Shown here: positions 42,539-55,799 of the stretch, in pieces
Layout of the letters: the number at the start of each line of letters is the position of its first letter
How positions within the stretch are numbered: position 1 is the first letter of the stretch
Position numbers and translations under genes: made by a program
Notes under the pieces: generated by a model
Databases searched by the model: none
What the model saw: the letters and a program-made list of their open reading frames with translations, nothing else
Told to the model about the DNA's origin: nothing
DNA from: Trichoplax sp. H2
Taxonomy: Eukaryota
Direction: 5' to 3'
Assembly: GCA_003344405.1 (NCBI GenBank)
Contig: NOWV01000020.1
Span: 434,001-498,000, forward strand
Length of the DNA stretch: 64,000 nt

Positions 42539-43324
42539 TGAAAACTAGAATTAAATGTTGATTTAAATAGGATCTGCACTTAAAACTTTCTGATAATATT
42601 TTACGGTGATTGCATTATTTTAAATGGTCATACTTAATTTTATACTTAATTGTAATCTTGCGATGTGACTGGACAGCATCGTAAACTGATTTAATTACTA
42701 TCCAACGAATGTGATATGTATTTGCCTCGTTTACTGTGTGGTTGAGATCGTAGTATCTACATCAATTAACGCTCTGTGAATAGGTAGAAACATAGACCTG
42801 TGATCGTAATAGTCGCTTATATAAGTTACAAATATTAAAGTGTGACTTCCTACCCGATAAAATATTAGGTCCACAATCTCTATTTGATTATGATTATGTA
42901 ATTGATTAACCAAACTAACGTTAATAAGCTTAGGGAATAATTCCGAAATCTGGATCTCAATACCGAAATACAAAGTATAAAATAATGATGTCCAATGATA
43001 AGATAAATTCTCAAAGCAAACAAGTGATATACGGATACAATATTTATTTTCTGTATATATGATTCTGGATGTAAGTTTCTGGATGAAATTGGTTCAAATT
43101 TTTTTTAAATCTTTTATACAGTATCACATTTGTTAGGTTAAACAGTGTTCACATTAATTATTTGTAGTTATTACATTACCTAAATTTAAAAGAACATGGA
43201 TAACTTGATGTCAAATACAGCATATCATTTACCATTATTATAGCAATGTGAAAGTGTATATTTAATAAAAGATTATAATGCGTTGGTGGTTATGTTTGAT
43301 TTGATTATTCGGATATTTATTTCC

Positions 43325-45218
43325 TTAATCCATGGAGGAGCTCTGAACACGTTTGAAAATTGCAGTAAATTTCTTTCCATCGTTTCTAGTAACCTTTTGA
43401 CCTTCTTCTGTACAATCTCCAAGAAATTTTAGAATTGCGTCATGTGACTATGCATTGCAATAAGAAATGTTAGATTAACCAAATAAGAATGATAGTTTTT
43501 AACATACGGGTAATGAATAATTAAAATCGTTAAAATAAAAGAATACTAATTACCAATGATTCTAGCTTTACTTCTTCAAATAATGGGTGTTCGTTTAGAT
43601 GGGATTTCATCCATATATGAACCTCTTCGACATCAGTAACAGTATAAACTAAACCCTATTCATTTATGGATTTTATAATATAATTAGAAGGCCAATGTAA
43701 TAAATTATGCTGATATATCCAAATTCACAGCATGAAAATTTATCAGGGTCTATTTTAATCTATTGTTAAGACTGAGGTCGGATACGAGTAGAATTATTCT
43801 TGGTGTCAACTCTTAATTGCAGTACTTTACAGCATTATTTTATTGACTATATCACGTCAAGATACTTAAAAACTGCGTTTAATGTATTTAAATTCGTAAT
43901 CTCTCACCTCAACTGCTAAAATATAGGCGTATTCAGCAAGTAAGGTTTGGCTAAATATATTAAATGAAATATAATTATCAGAAATTAGTAATGATTGGGA
44001 ATCAAATTAGATACAATAGGTTAAAATCAATTAGTTAGAACAATATTCTATGTCATGCCTTAATATTCTTTGCTTATGTTTGGTTTTCTTAAAATGAGGG
44101 TCAGGGTATAAGAAAAATAGCTTCTTAAGCTAAAGATATTCCGAATGCATGTGAATAAGTTACTGTGTTTACATACGTTGTGTTAATAGCTAGGTTACTA
44201 CCAAGTCGATAGGATTTATTGACCATAGCACTGTACTATGTTTACAGATCGCTGCAATTTGCTACGATTTCTGGCGAGGGATATACGGTATATAGTAAGA
44301 CCACCTGTTTGATGCTACAAACTACTTTAACTATACCGTCAAAGGTGATCGTTAAATCTGCGGTATTTTTACCTGGCCCTTTTTGAAATAGTTTGGTAAG
44401 TACTTCATCGCATTAGTTCTTACTATGGCGATATTATTGTACTTTCCAGGGTTGTTAATTCTTAACGCTGCAATCCTTTCTTTGACATAATCGGAAACCT
44501 GCAAATAATGAGGTACGAGAATCGCACTTGTTCCATTTTATAATCGTGTCACAAGACATTGAAGACCAGAAAATAAATAACTGATCAATTTATAGAACCT
44601 TCTGTGACTTTTAATTATTGGCTTACTTACTTTTACCCTAATTTCCATTCCCATTATATAAGTGTCGGGAAATAGCGGAGCTAGAGTAACTGATGTCAAT
44701 AGCATAATTACACTCTTATACCACTAACACAGTATACGCGTATGGTTCAATGGAAGAAAAACAACAGTAAGAATTTCAACAGTATGTCTTACTGAGTAAA
44801 CCGCCATATCCGCAACCAATATCTAAGAATTGTACACAGTCTCCCTTCTCCGCTTGATACGTAGGATACAGAGCTGGCCAGTTCATTTGATCAGGACAAA
44901 TAGGGCTTTTAAGAAACGATGGTGATTCATTAGAATGATATTAGTAATGGCGATATCGCTTCAAAGGATATTTCTATCTTATAAAGCTCTAGCCATTGCA
45001 GTAGGAGTAACGTTATTAATTCTGTTGTTTCAACGTACAAATAATTTACTGCGTTAATAGGTTTTTACCAACAGAAGTATATCCATTCGGCTCCTTTTAA
45101 CAGAATATAAGTTTATGAGATTATTATTCTTAACTTACTCTGAGAATGTATGATCTGCTAAAGGATTGGAATGAGCCCTCTGGCGGTAAAATTTCTTTTG
45201 CGGCATTGCTGCAGCCAT
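43325..45218 (-). CDS. METTL1: tRNA (guanine-N7)-methyltransferase (Trm8/METTL1), 8 exons
   Basis: [23 protein letters not shown]..., [77 protein letters not shown]. Stop at 43325-43327. Confidence 0.98.
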
Positions 45219-45972
45219 GACTGCTACTGTTGTTTTAACGGCTAATTTCAGTAGAATAGTCTAGTCTTTTGTAGATTGAATAAGCCGAAACTACTATACT
45301 ATAGCTATCAATCTTTATTTCCAACGTTGAAAATTATCTTTGCAGTTATTTTAATATTCTTGAGCTATATCCAATAATTCGATCCAAACTATTGAATTGT
45401 TTCTCATAATAAGGATTGAAATTGCCCTTTAAATTAGTACGTTAGTCTAATCTTGCAATCTTGTTTAATAGATTAGCTTAATTTTGCCTTAGATTGATGA
45501 TGAGTATAACCGATGAGATTAATTCCTTGATTAAAGTGCAAATCTAGACAGATTTGCAAGTCTAATAATCTTCCAGCAAGCCATCCGTTGCCAGGTCAAG
45601 CTATCGTCTTATGCTGCCTCTACTGTATGTCAATTACATACAGTAGAGTGTACACAGTAAGCCTGTATGGTAAGTAAAGGCTTCCTACAGTGCCATCGTT
45701 AAGTGGTCGTATCGTGTAAGTTATTGACTATCAGGTAGGTATGAGTGCAGTCTATACTATCAGAGCTGTTGAAGTAGTCATACTAAATAGTGCACCGACT
45801 ACATCCCGGAAGCTAAAACTCGTCTGATGGCGTACTACTTGCTAGTAATCCAATTGCAAAACTGATCTAGAAATGAAAGTCGATATTTTACAGTCATATA
45901 GCTAAAGATTTTACTCCCTATCATCATTAAATCCACGTCTAAATAATAGACTAGTTAGCAACGATTACCAAG

Positions 45973-47734
45973 ATGGATAAGGATCAAACTTGGTACGGTG
46001 GTGGTAAAAATTTTTGGCAAAAGAAATCGTCAACTGTTCATGGCATGATTGGTGGCTATAGCAGGATTGCAAAGACAGATTTGAGCACCTCGCGACGCTT
46101 TATTTTAAAAACGATAAAAACATGCAGCAAGGAAACACAATTTGGACGTGCATTAGATTGTGGTGCAGGTATGCAATAGTGAAATCGTGAGTTACTTGAG
46201 CATACTAAATTCATTTTATCAATATGATACAATTTGGTACAATGTCGTAAAATACTTCGGTTAGTATTGTTAATTCAATTAATGAAGGCTAACAAGATAA
46301 CCTCGCTGTTAAGCATTGCATCATTATTGACGCCCATTCTAGTAGAGTTGATCGTAATTATTGGAAGTTATGGCTTATAGACTGCGTAAGAATTATTTAA
46401 TGTTTGCTGTCCAAAATATCATCACAATGTTATTGTCTACAATTGCACATATTATCTTGGAAAGACGGTAATAGCCTATAATGCATAACATCAATGATTC
46501 GATGTTGGCGATCAGAAACACCATTAAAATATTATTGTCTACAATTGCTCGATAAAGATAGCGATAGCGTATGTCTTAAAATCTGTAACTACATACATTA
46601 ACTTGATAAACTACTGATATCTTAGAAAAACTATACAAGTACGGTAATTATCTAGTGCTACAGATTAGCTAATGATATCCAAATGTCTTGTAATTGTATA
46701 ACTGGATGCATTACGTTATATTATAGATATTCGAATGCTTTATAATTGTTTGTAACTACATGTATAACCTTTCCATAGTCGATGAAAAGTAAACGAAAAT
46801 TGTAGACATTGCCTTCCGAAACTAACTATATCTCAATGCCCTATAACTAGTTGCCTTTAGCTGCACGAATTATCGTCCAATACTAATGATATCTTAACGC
46901 CTTGAATCATTTGTAATTGCAGGCATTACCTTCCAATACCTGATGATATCTTAATGGTATCCGAGGGTCTTATAACTGTATAGAACTGCATGCCTTACCT
47001 TCCTATGCTGTATTACTAATAATATTCTGTAACTGCAAGCACCACCTTCCAATACTAATGATGTCTCTATGTCTTATCGATAAATACGCCTACGACTTTT
47101 CAATCCTAATCTAATCCTAATGCTTTAATCCCATTAATATCTTTATTTATGCCTTCAAATACGAGCACTGTATTAACATTACCTTAACACTGATACTACT
47201 TTATTGTCAGTGGATTGATTTTCTATTGCAATAATTATCTTTCACAATTTTGCAGGCATTGGAAGAGTAACGAAAGGGGTCTTACTGCCATTATTCGATG
47301 TCGTTGACTTAGTAGATCAAAATGAGGAATTTTTACATACAGCTAAAGCCAGATTATCGCCCGTTGTAACCGACAAGCATCGGTTAGGCGAGACATATGC
47401 CTGTGGATTACAAGATTTCAATCCAGAATCTGCAAAATATGATGTCATTTGGTGCCAGTGGGTATTATCACATTTAACCGATGATGATCTGTCTAGTTTT
47501 TTGTTGCGTTGCAAAGGCGCTTTACGTCGAAATGGCATCATCTTTGCCAAGGAAAATGTATCAAGGAATGATAAACCAGAAATTGATAATGATGATTGCA
47601 GCGTAGCTAGGGCTGAACAATCCTATGAGGAATTATTTAGAAAATCTGGCTTCCTTATTCTAAAGCAACAATACCAAGGCAACTTTCCGCGAAAATTACT
47701 ACCTGTAAAGTTATATGCATTGGTTCCATCGTGA
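45973..47734 (+). CDS. NTMT1: Alpha-N-terminal protein methyltransferase (NTMT1/METTL11), 2 coding exons (45973-46168, 47256-47734)
   Basis: STVHGMIGGY...RALDCGAG|IGRVTKGVLLPLFDVVDLVDQ...YDVIWCQWVLSHLTDDDL...KENV...DNDDCSVAR...FPRKLLPVKLYAL*. Confidence 0.95.
46580..47080. repeat. Degenerate ~55-60 bp tandem repeat in the NTMT1 intron
   Basis: Recurrent tgtaactgca..cattaccttccaatactaatgatatct variants (e.g. ~46860, 46912, 46985, 47029). Confidence 0.7.
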
Positions 47735-49784
47735 CGTAGTTGCTCTAACTGGAAGTCATTAAAGTATTAAAAATATCGCCTAGCTAACGGATACTTTTTC
47801 GTAATCCATCAATAAATTTTTTATCAGTTTCTGTAATTATGTTGATTAAAAGCAGTATCGACAATGTTTACATCCCCACAATCTTATAGGATTGATACCA
47901 GACCTTTCTACTCTTCACTTTATGGGACGATGTATTCTCTATACAGTATTGGACTCTCTTAGCAGTCCTATGCATTGCAATAATCATTTTGAGGATCTTA
48001 ATATTACGAATTTTAATAGAATGCATTTAAGATTGCGAAAAATTTCTTACAACAATTGCTAATAACGTACAATTTGTCACTTGATATCTGCATTCGTAGA
48101 GATTTACTTGATCTGAGTATTGTTAACGCTTGCATCTATATTTTTTCTCTACTTTATGCCTCATTCATCATGAAATTCTACTAATAGATTTACCTCTTAT
48201 TGTATATAGCTCAGATCAACTAGTTGTATATAGAGATTCGTAAGAAAACTCATTTGCGACGAAGCAGCAATCGTTGCATTTGTAATACTTTATGTAGCTG
48301 ACCAGGTTTAGGCTAACGTTATTTAGCTTGTACAACTGTAATTAGTGCTAGTGCTAGAGATCTGTAAGTATCCTGAAATATCCGATCCATTTCTTGCATA
48401 CTTTAACTACAACTTTTCAATTTCATATGCCGTGCAATTGTATCACATGACGTGAAAGAGTGACATTATTAATCCAATTCTTAAAAAAGTAAAATTAATA
48501 ATACGTATTTATACAGTGTACTGTGCAGTATATTAAAAATACTTCTCTGCCTGGTAACTGTATTACTAAGTCTATCTTCACTTTATGTGGTATTTTACTC
48601 TGATATCGAAATACATTTCTATTATTGGCTAAAAATTTTATATTGATTATAATGTTGTCCATCATCAGACAATCTTTGATGCCGGTATCTCTGCACTGTT
48701 AAGTTACAATATACAGTATTCTCTTATATCATGCATAGATCTACTAAATGCTGTTCAATTTGGAGAAAGCTTTGGTGATAGTAATTTTTGTATAGCAGTT
48801 CTCTACAGAGCATATAAACTTAAACAAGACCTGAAGAATAGCGTATAATGACTATAGGTGGTCAGCATAACTTAGATTCCTTTAGTCATTGTTAATACTT
48901 ACTTATCCCACATTAAAGGGCAAAAGCTTGATTTCAATGAAGAAAATCAATCTGAGTAGGTTAAAGGCTTAAATCTCGAGTACAATCAATGACCTATGGC
49001 TCTTATTACCACTACCTTGACAATCTAGACTATCATCGCCTGGAGGCGCAAGCTAACAGTGAATTAAACTAGCCAAGCGTGATACAATTATACTTTTCTA
49101 CGTCTACGTGTATATTATTCTTAAATTTTATGCGACCTAAAAGGATTGAGCTTTGCTTTTCAACAATGTTGCAATACTGTATACAGTAGAACAAAACGCA
49201 GAAACTTCTTCTATGGGATCTGTGGCTTACTTTTGCTACTAAAATAGTGCCCAATCCATACATAACACGACATGAGTTTACAACCAATGACGAATTCACA
49301 GTTAGGGTTAGGATAGATATATCGATAATTTGTATTCTAGCTATAATTGTATGGTATTCCTATGCTGGACTTGTTTATTCAAATACTATCTAAATTATCG
49401 TTACTAAAATATCTACTTGTTATTAAGTACTGTATGAAGCCATGATTTGACTAGTATTTTTCAGTTAACTTACTAATATAACTAGTCTTTCTTGCTGCGT
49501 GAAAGTGTAATATACTACAAGATTAAGAGTATTTCAATTTTCATTCTTATTAATCTTCAGCATATTTTTTTGGTCAGCTGAGAACTGAGACAACGCTAAG
49601 CGTGTCTGCCTTCCACATACGACGATATTAGCAGCTAGGGATAGCTCAGAACCTCTATGATTGATACCAAAAGTCCCCCCCCCCCCATATAAAACTAAAG
49701 TTTTATTTTAGATTTGTAAGGTTCTATAATTACTTTGCAGTCATGGTATTTTACAGTATATTATATTAAATACAATACAGTCGT

Positions 49785-50190
49785 ATCAAAAGACTGAAAA
49801 ACTATTTCAGATAAACATCATCTTGTACAGTATAATTATAGTACTATAAATACCGTAGCACAAAAATAGTAGAAGAGCTAGAAGGAAGTCTTCTCCAAAA
49901 GACTGAGAATTGTAGCTAAAAGAAAGTCTTTTGCATTATAATGACATTATTTTAAACGTAGTGGTAATGGTACAGTAGAAGGACTGGAAGGAAGCGTTCT
50001 CTAAAAGCCGAAGAATTATTCCAACTAAATAGTCCTACAAAATATAATAATAGTATGTCAAACACACGCTAGCAATAGTAGAAAGGCTAAAAGGAAGTTT
50101 CACTAAAAAGACCGACGAATTGTTTCAAATAGATAGAGTTCCATGCAGTATATTGATAGTATTATAAAATACAGCAGTAATAAAAGAAGG
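49785..50190. repeat. Degenerate ~104-bp tandem repeat, ~4 copies
   Basis: agtagaa..gct.gaaggaag...ct.aaaagac.ga.aatt recurs at ~49868, 49974 and 50076. Confidence 0.75.
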
Positions 50191-52473
50191 GATCTTCTTT
50201 ACGTCGTATTTATCACAAATCAATATTATTTATATTACTAAGAATAACTAGTCTCGGAGATTGAACAAAACATCTTTTCTTGCAACTATTCAAGACAGTG
50301 CAGCGTCAAATTACTGTCTATACTGTTTTTAGACTTTTATAATGAGAAACAGCATGAGGGTATGGAATTGCTGTATACCTAGATATCAATACACAAGACG
50401 CATGTGATTGCAGTTCCTTTAGCTACTAAGGGAAGATGTGTCGACTATGTCGATCGGTAAAGAGTTTTATGTGAGTTTTCTCCCATGCTTGATGAAAATA
50501 TCAACGATACAACATCTTTAAGATACTTGAAAGTATGAAAAAAGTTCACCGTGATGGTGAATGAAAATAACTTCCTTTTGAAGTCAAGAATTCAAGTTAT
50601 GCTAGAATTCATTTTTATGACATCAGAATGAGACGGCAATCCATTTTATAGATAATATACTAGAATCACGCCGATATTATCAGTACTGTAGATTAAACCT
50701 CGGTATAAACGTACTACCAAAACTGTATATGCTAGTAGTTCTAACAAAATCCCATCTCATTATAATTTCACGTTTATTATTTACTTTTACCAGTTTTGTG
50801 TAGATACAGTATAAATTAGAGGCATTTGTTGTCCAACTGTAACTCAAACTGTAAATAACCTCTGCTGCACTAGCTTTAGCGAGGTGCTAGTGAGCCAATA
50901 CGATCGTCCGGAAAAGTGTAAATCTTTTTCTCTTTTGTATATACGATGCTATTTCAACAAAAAAGATACATACCGTATGACAACATGGCCGCACAGCATG
51001 ACATAGATAGGTTAGAATGGTCGATGTCATGCTTGAAAAAACTTCAATTTTACCCATTCGATAGCGAATTGAGGCAACGATGGAATATTTATCCACTTAA
51101 ATGAACAATATAGTGAATTTTGAAAAAAATTACTGCTTAAGAATATATTTGAAGCAACCGACATAACGCGTATATTTGTGGATAAGCTACGTGGCCATTA
51201 TTAAAATTATTATAATCTAGCTTACCATCAGTACTAATAGCCCTAGAATGCTTGAAAGTAAGTGTAGGATCATGCAATATTAAAATGATTATTAATTTAT
51301 TCATGGAATAGTATTAATTTTACCGCATTTCAGAAGCGTCACGGTACACAGATGACGAATCTTAAGCTCTCTACCATGGTTAATTATATTATTAACGAGT
51401 CGCTGGCAATAATCGGATTATTTTATAGAATAATACTAATCGATAGATCTATTATTAGTACTTAATTGACTCTTCTACCTACATTACGAATATCGTGGAT
51501 AGATACTTTATAGTATAACGACGATATATGAAAAAATAATAATTAGTCTAACAGACGCATAGGTTAGCTCTATTATTCTGATACGATAGTAAACTAGCTA
51601 CTAATATAGAATATGTAATGAAGTAAGAATTAAAAAGCACGGAAGTTGCTTATAGTATTGGCAAAGTCATTAAGAGATATAAGAAGAGAGTAATGTTAAA
51701 TTTGTGATTAATTTATAGTAAAATTAGAGTGATATTTATGTAAGCTAAAGATAAACCAGGTGGGGGGGGGGGGGGGAAATGGATCAACACATCAAATTAC
51801 TAGTTTTTCGTATATGTACGTAGCTTTATTTGGATAATGATTATTATGACAAGCCCCTTTAAAACAACTTTTAGATAAATGAATTCTAGCAATCGATACT
51901 GGTATAAACATAATTTTTGTTATCCAGGCTATAAATACTGCAATATGAACGTCCAAAAAAATCATATAGGGATAAGAAAGAAAGCTGCAACATAGCAGTG
52001 GTACATTTTTTAGTAAGCAGCACAAAATAGCTTTATTTTTTTTCACACTCTCTATTTTCGATAGTAAAAGATACCACTGAATGGATACGCAAGTAATCAA
52101 CAACCAAAAGTGTATCCATGATGATTTCTTTTATTGTGAGACAAGTAGATTGCTGAATATAAAACCAAAAATGATTCGCTATAGACACATTCTAGCTAAG
52201 AAACTTCAAGGAAAATATGACCATTGTATTAATTATAATGAACTTCTTTTTTTATTACTTAGTACCAGAGTGTATAGAGTCAAGATGAAATAGTTAAAAT
52301 GGCTTTGGTGGATGATTGGAGCAGAATTGACGTTAAGGAAAGCAGAAATAGGAAAGTCTACTAAATCAAATTGGAGTGATGATGGAAAATAATTTTGTAA
52401 CTATACTACTACTATAGCAGTAGTAAAGGCCAATTTTTTTTCAAGCATAACTATTTAAATTAGAATTGGTCTA

Positions 52474-53211
52474 TTAAGCTTCGTTGAGTTCTTCTAATAT
52501 ACTATCTAACTCATCCTTGACAGCTTCACACTTACGTCTTTTTTCATCCAACAGATCATTGACTTCCCCTAGTTGACGATTTAACTGGCCTTTACGCCTA
52601 TCTGCAGCTTCTAATCGAACATCAGCAGCCAAGAGACGCTCTTCTAGAGCTTTAATCTTGGCTTGGTAGTCTTCCTCTTGATCATTGGCTATTCTTTCAG
52701 CATCGTCCGCTTCCTTCAAGTTTTCATTAACTCCCTGTAATTCTCCTTCTAAATTAGTAATTTTAGAATCACTACTTGACGCCTTTTCAATGGCCCGTTG
52801 ATGATCGCCTTCTAAAACTCTTAGTTTTCGTTCAGCTTCTTCAAATTGTCGTTCGGCTTCTTCAGTGGATAACTTGGCCGCTTTAAGGTCACTCTCAATT
52901 TGATCAATTCTTTCATCGTCAGCATAATCCACATCTTCAAGTCGTTTCCTTTCATTTTCTAAATCTAGATTGGAAGTCGATGCGGAATTTAACCTCGATT
53001 CAGCTTCGGATAAACGCTCTTCGGTACGATTTAAATCGCTTTCTAATAACGTTTTACGACGTATTAACGATGCAAGTTCTTGTTCAGCAATATCCAATCG
53101 ACCACAAGCTTCTTTACGAGCTGCTTCCGATTCGTCCGCTCGTGTATTAGCTTCTTCCGTGTCTTGCTTAAGCTCTTCCAACTTTTTCTTAATCTGTTCC
53201 ATCTTAGCCAT
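52474..53211 (-). CDS. TPM: Tropomyosin (short, 245 aa, single exon)
   Basis: Continuous heptad coiled coil. MEQIKKKL N-terminus, AEQELASLIRRKTLLESDLNRTEERL, AERQFEEAERKL, EEDYQAKIKAL and the C-terminus ELDSILEELNEA are typical of tropomyosin. Confidence 0.9.
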   Translation of the reverse strand: MAKMEQIKKKLEELKQDTEEANTRADESEAARKEACGRLDIAEQELASLIRRKTLLESDLNRTEERLSEAESRLNSASTSNLDLENERKRLEDVDYADDERIDQIESDLKAAKLSTEEAERQFEEAERKLRVLEGDHQRAIEKASSSDSKITNLEGELQGVNENLKEADDAERIANDQEEDYQAKIKALEERLLAADVRLEAADRRKGQLNRQLGEVNDLLDEKRRKCEAVKDELDSILEELNEA

Positions 53212-53657
53212 AGGTGATCGAGTTATTGTGCTACAGTCTTGAACTGCAGGATATATATATATATATAAAAAAGGAAAAGGATCGAGTAGATTTTTGCAAG
53301 GATAACGCCCCTACCTAGAGAAATAGATTGCTTTTAGTCCCTTGACGTATCAACGTTTCAACCTGCGCACCCAAACCGTGCCGATAAAATAATAGCTGAC
53401 AACACAACACTCTATGACACCCTCTTCTGATTGGTGGAAAGGATATCTATTGTTTGCATTGTTAACGCTGTCTTGAGAAGGCTTCTTCGACTATGGATTG
53501 CTACGTCTATAATAATATCTATACTTGGCAGTCATGTTAGCGTATCAGATTGCACAGTCAAAACGGGCACGCTGATAGAAGAATAGGCCGTATAGATAAT
53601 GTCTATTATATCAATGTTATCTAATAGACTGTATAGATTACTCGGTAATAGAGTACG

Positions 53658-54545
53658 CTATGATTAGGACAGCAGTGCTGGTTGAGTAGAAGGGGTATAG
53701 CATAATGTTATGTTGAAATACATGAATCACATACTGTAGATTGCCTTATTACTAAACTTTCTGCATCATAAATGAATGCTATTGTCGTACGTGTTAGTTA
53801 CTACGGCATTTCATGAATACATTTGGTGCTACAAAATAGAATTAAACAACTGTCATAATAACTACAAGCATGATATAAAAATTATGTATTAAACAGTTAG
53901 CAGGTGCTTGGTAAAATAATTAGAAGATAGCTAGCCATGAAAGCCGTCGGTGTTGGACAAGAATACTAATGATGTCATAACATTCCATAGTAATGACTTC
54001 ATTTATTATGATAATAATTCAGGCAGACCAGTAAATTTCACCTATTTCAGCATTTTCAATAAGTTGTCGTATCTTCTTAACATTACGATTAATTAATAGC
54101 ATATGGGAGCTAAATAAATCAACTGTTATCTTTCNNNNNNNNNNNNNNNNNNNNCTATGATTAGGACAGCAGTGCTGGTTGAGTAGAAGGGGTATAGCAT
54201 AATGTTATGTTGAAATACATGAATCACGTACTGTAGATTGCCTTATTACTAAACTTTCTGCATCATAAATGAATGCTATTGTCGTACGTGTTAGTTACTA
54301 CGGCATTTCATGAATACATTTAGTGCTACAAAATGAGATAGCTAGCCATGAAAGCCGTCGGTGCTGGACAAGAATACTAATGATGTCATAACATTCCATA
54401 ATAATGACTTCATTTATTATGATAATAATTCAGGCAGACCAGTAAATTTCACCTATTTCAGCATTTTCAATAAGTTGTCGTATCTTCTTAACATTACGAT
54501 TAATTAATAGCATATGGGAGCTAAATAAATCAACTGTTATCTTTC
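53658..54545. repeat. Direct duplication flanking a 20-N gap (53658-54134 vs 54155-54545); probable uncollapsed haplotypes
   Basis: Near-identical copies abut the gap on both sides and differ by SNPs and an ~86-bp indel. Confidence 0.9.
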
Positions 54546-55799
54546 AGATAATAAATACAGCATAATACTGTACTGTACTGGTGCATGACGTTCTTTGGTT
54601 AAATATTGAAAATCATGAGTCACTGTCACACTGGTCGTAAGAAGTAACATGACCTATATTTGCGATAGGCCCATTAATATTGACGTATCCATATGCGTAA
54701 TGCCGACATCTATGTACATTGTACAGTATATACGATGTTATGCATCTTAAATAACAGAATAGAATTCATTTAAAAGGCATACAGTTCGTAAGCAGAAGCA
54801 TACAGTAGACTGTCACAAATAGGTACATGCAGTTTCAGATCAACCGTAAGATTTTGTAAAACAAAATGGTACCGCATCGAGAGTAGCTATAATGGTTGAT
54901 ACATTTCATACATTAACAGATTACGTTAATTTAGTACCAATCGGCAGTAGCTGTAAAGGTACATTGGTACTCCATGACTACTAATACAGTACCGCCAATT
55001 TTCGCAATCAGATCGCATTACTGATATTCTCAAACTAACCTCCAGAGGCAAGCTAAATCCCATTGACTTAATAGCAAATTTGCTTCTTCAATCGATTTGC
55101 AGTATTCAACAACTACTAGCAGCTATAGCTCCAAAAATTAATGTCAACTTTGACGTGACATTCCAATCTGGAAAATTTTAACATGCTTTTCCAATCAACC
55201 ATGTCATGCATCATTATGTCCATTAACCGGCACTACAAAGATGGAAATCACTAGTAGACTTAATACTCACCTTTATACAGTAGATTATTTGGTAAGCCTA
55301 TTATATCACATGCATGTACGTGCTGCATTAACTTAAATGTTTACTGCACTGGAAGAATAAAAATAAATTTCAAAGCAATTGCTGCTGTCATTTCGTACAC
55401 AGTAGATTTTATTTTCGAATACACTATGCCTTTACATCAGAATCATGATATATTTTTATTAAACGAAATACTGTATACAATAACCGATAGAATATTGACT
55501 AAGCAACGTAAAATTGTTCGAGGCTGAATGAATGAATCTGGAAAAATTTATGCATGATCTTACATTGCATTTACTAATTCAAGGTAAAGTAGATTTAAAT
55601 ACTTTGTCATCAAATAAACGTTCAATGATTACTAGGCTTTCTGACAAAATATTTACATATTAGAAATAGCTTATAGCTTCATCGTTACTGCTCTATATCG
55701 TGTCCCTGAAAAAGTTATGCTCAACTTCATAAACAAGCAATCCAACAAGTATCTGATATTACAAGATACATATAATTTAATGAAATTTGATCAAGATAT

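Noticed and set aside
52970..53242. Antisense ORFs over tropomyosin, SF3A1, RPL15, CNOT4 and NTMT1
   Set aside because: Shadow frames of real coding exons.
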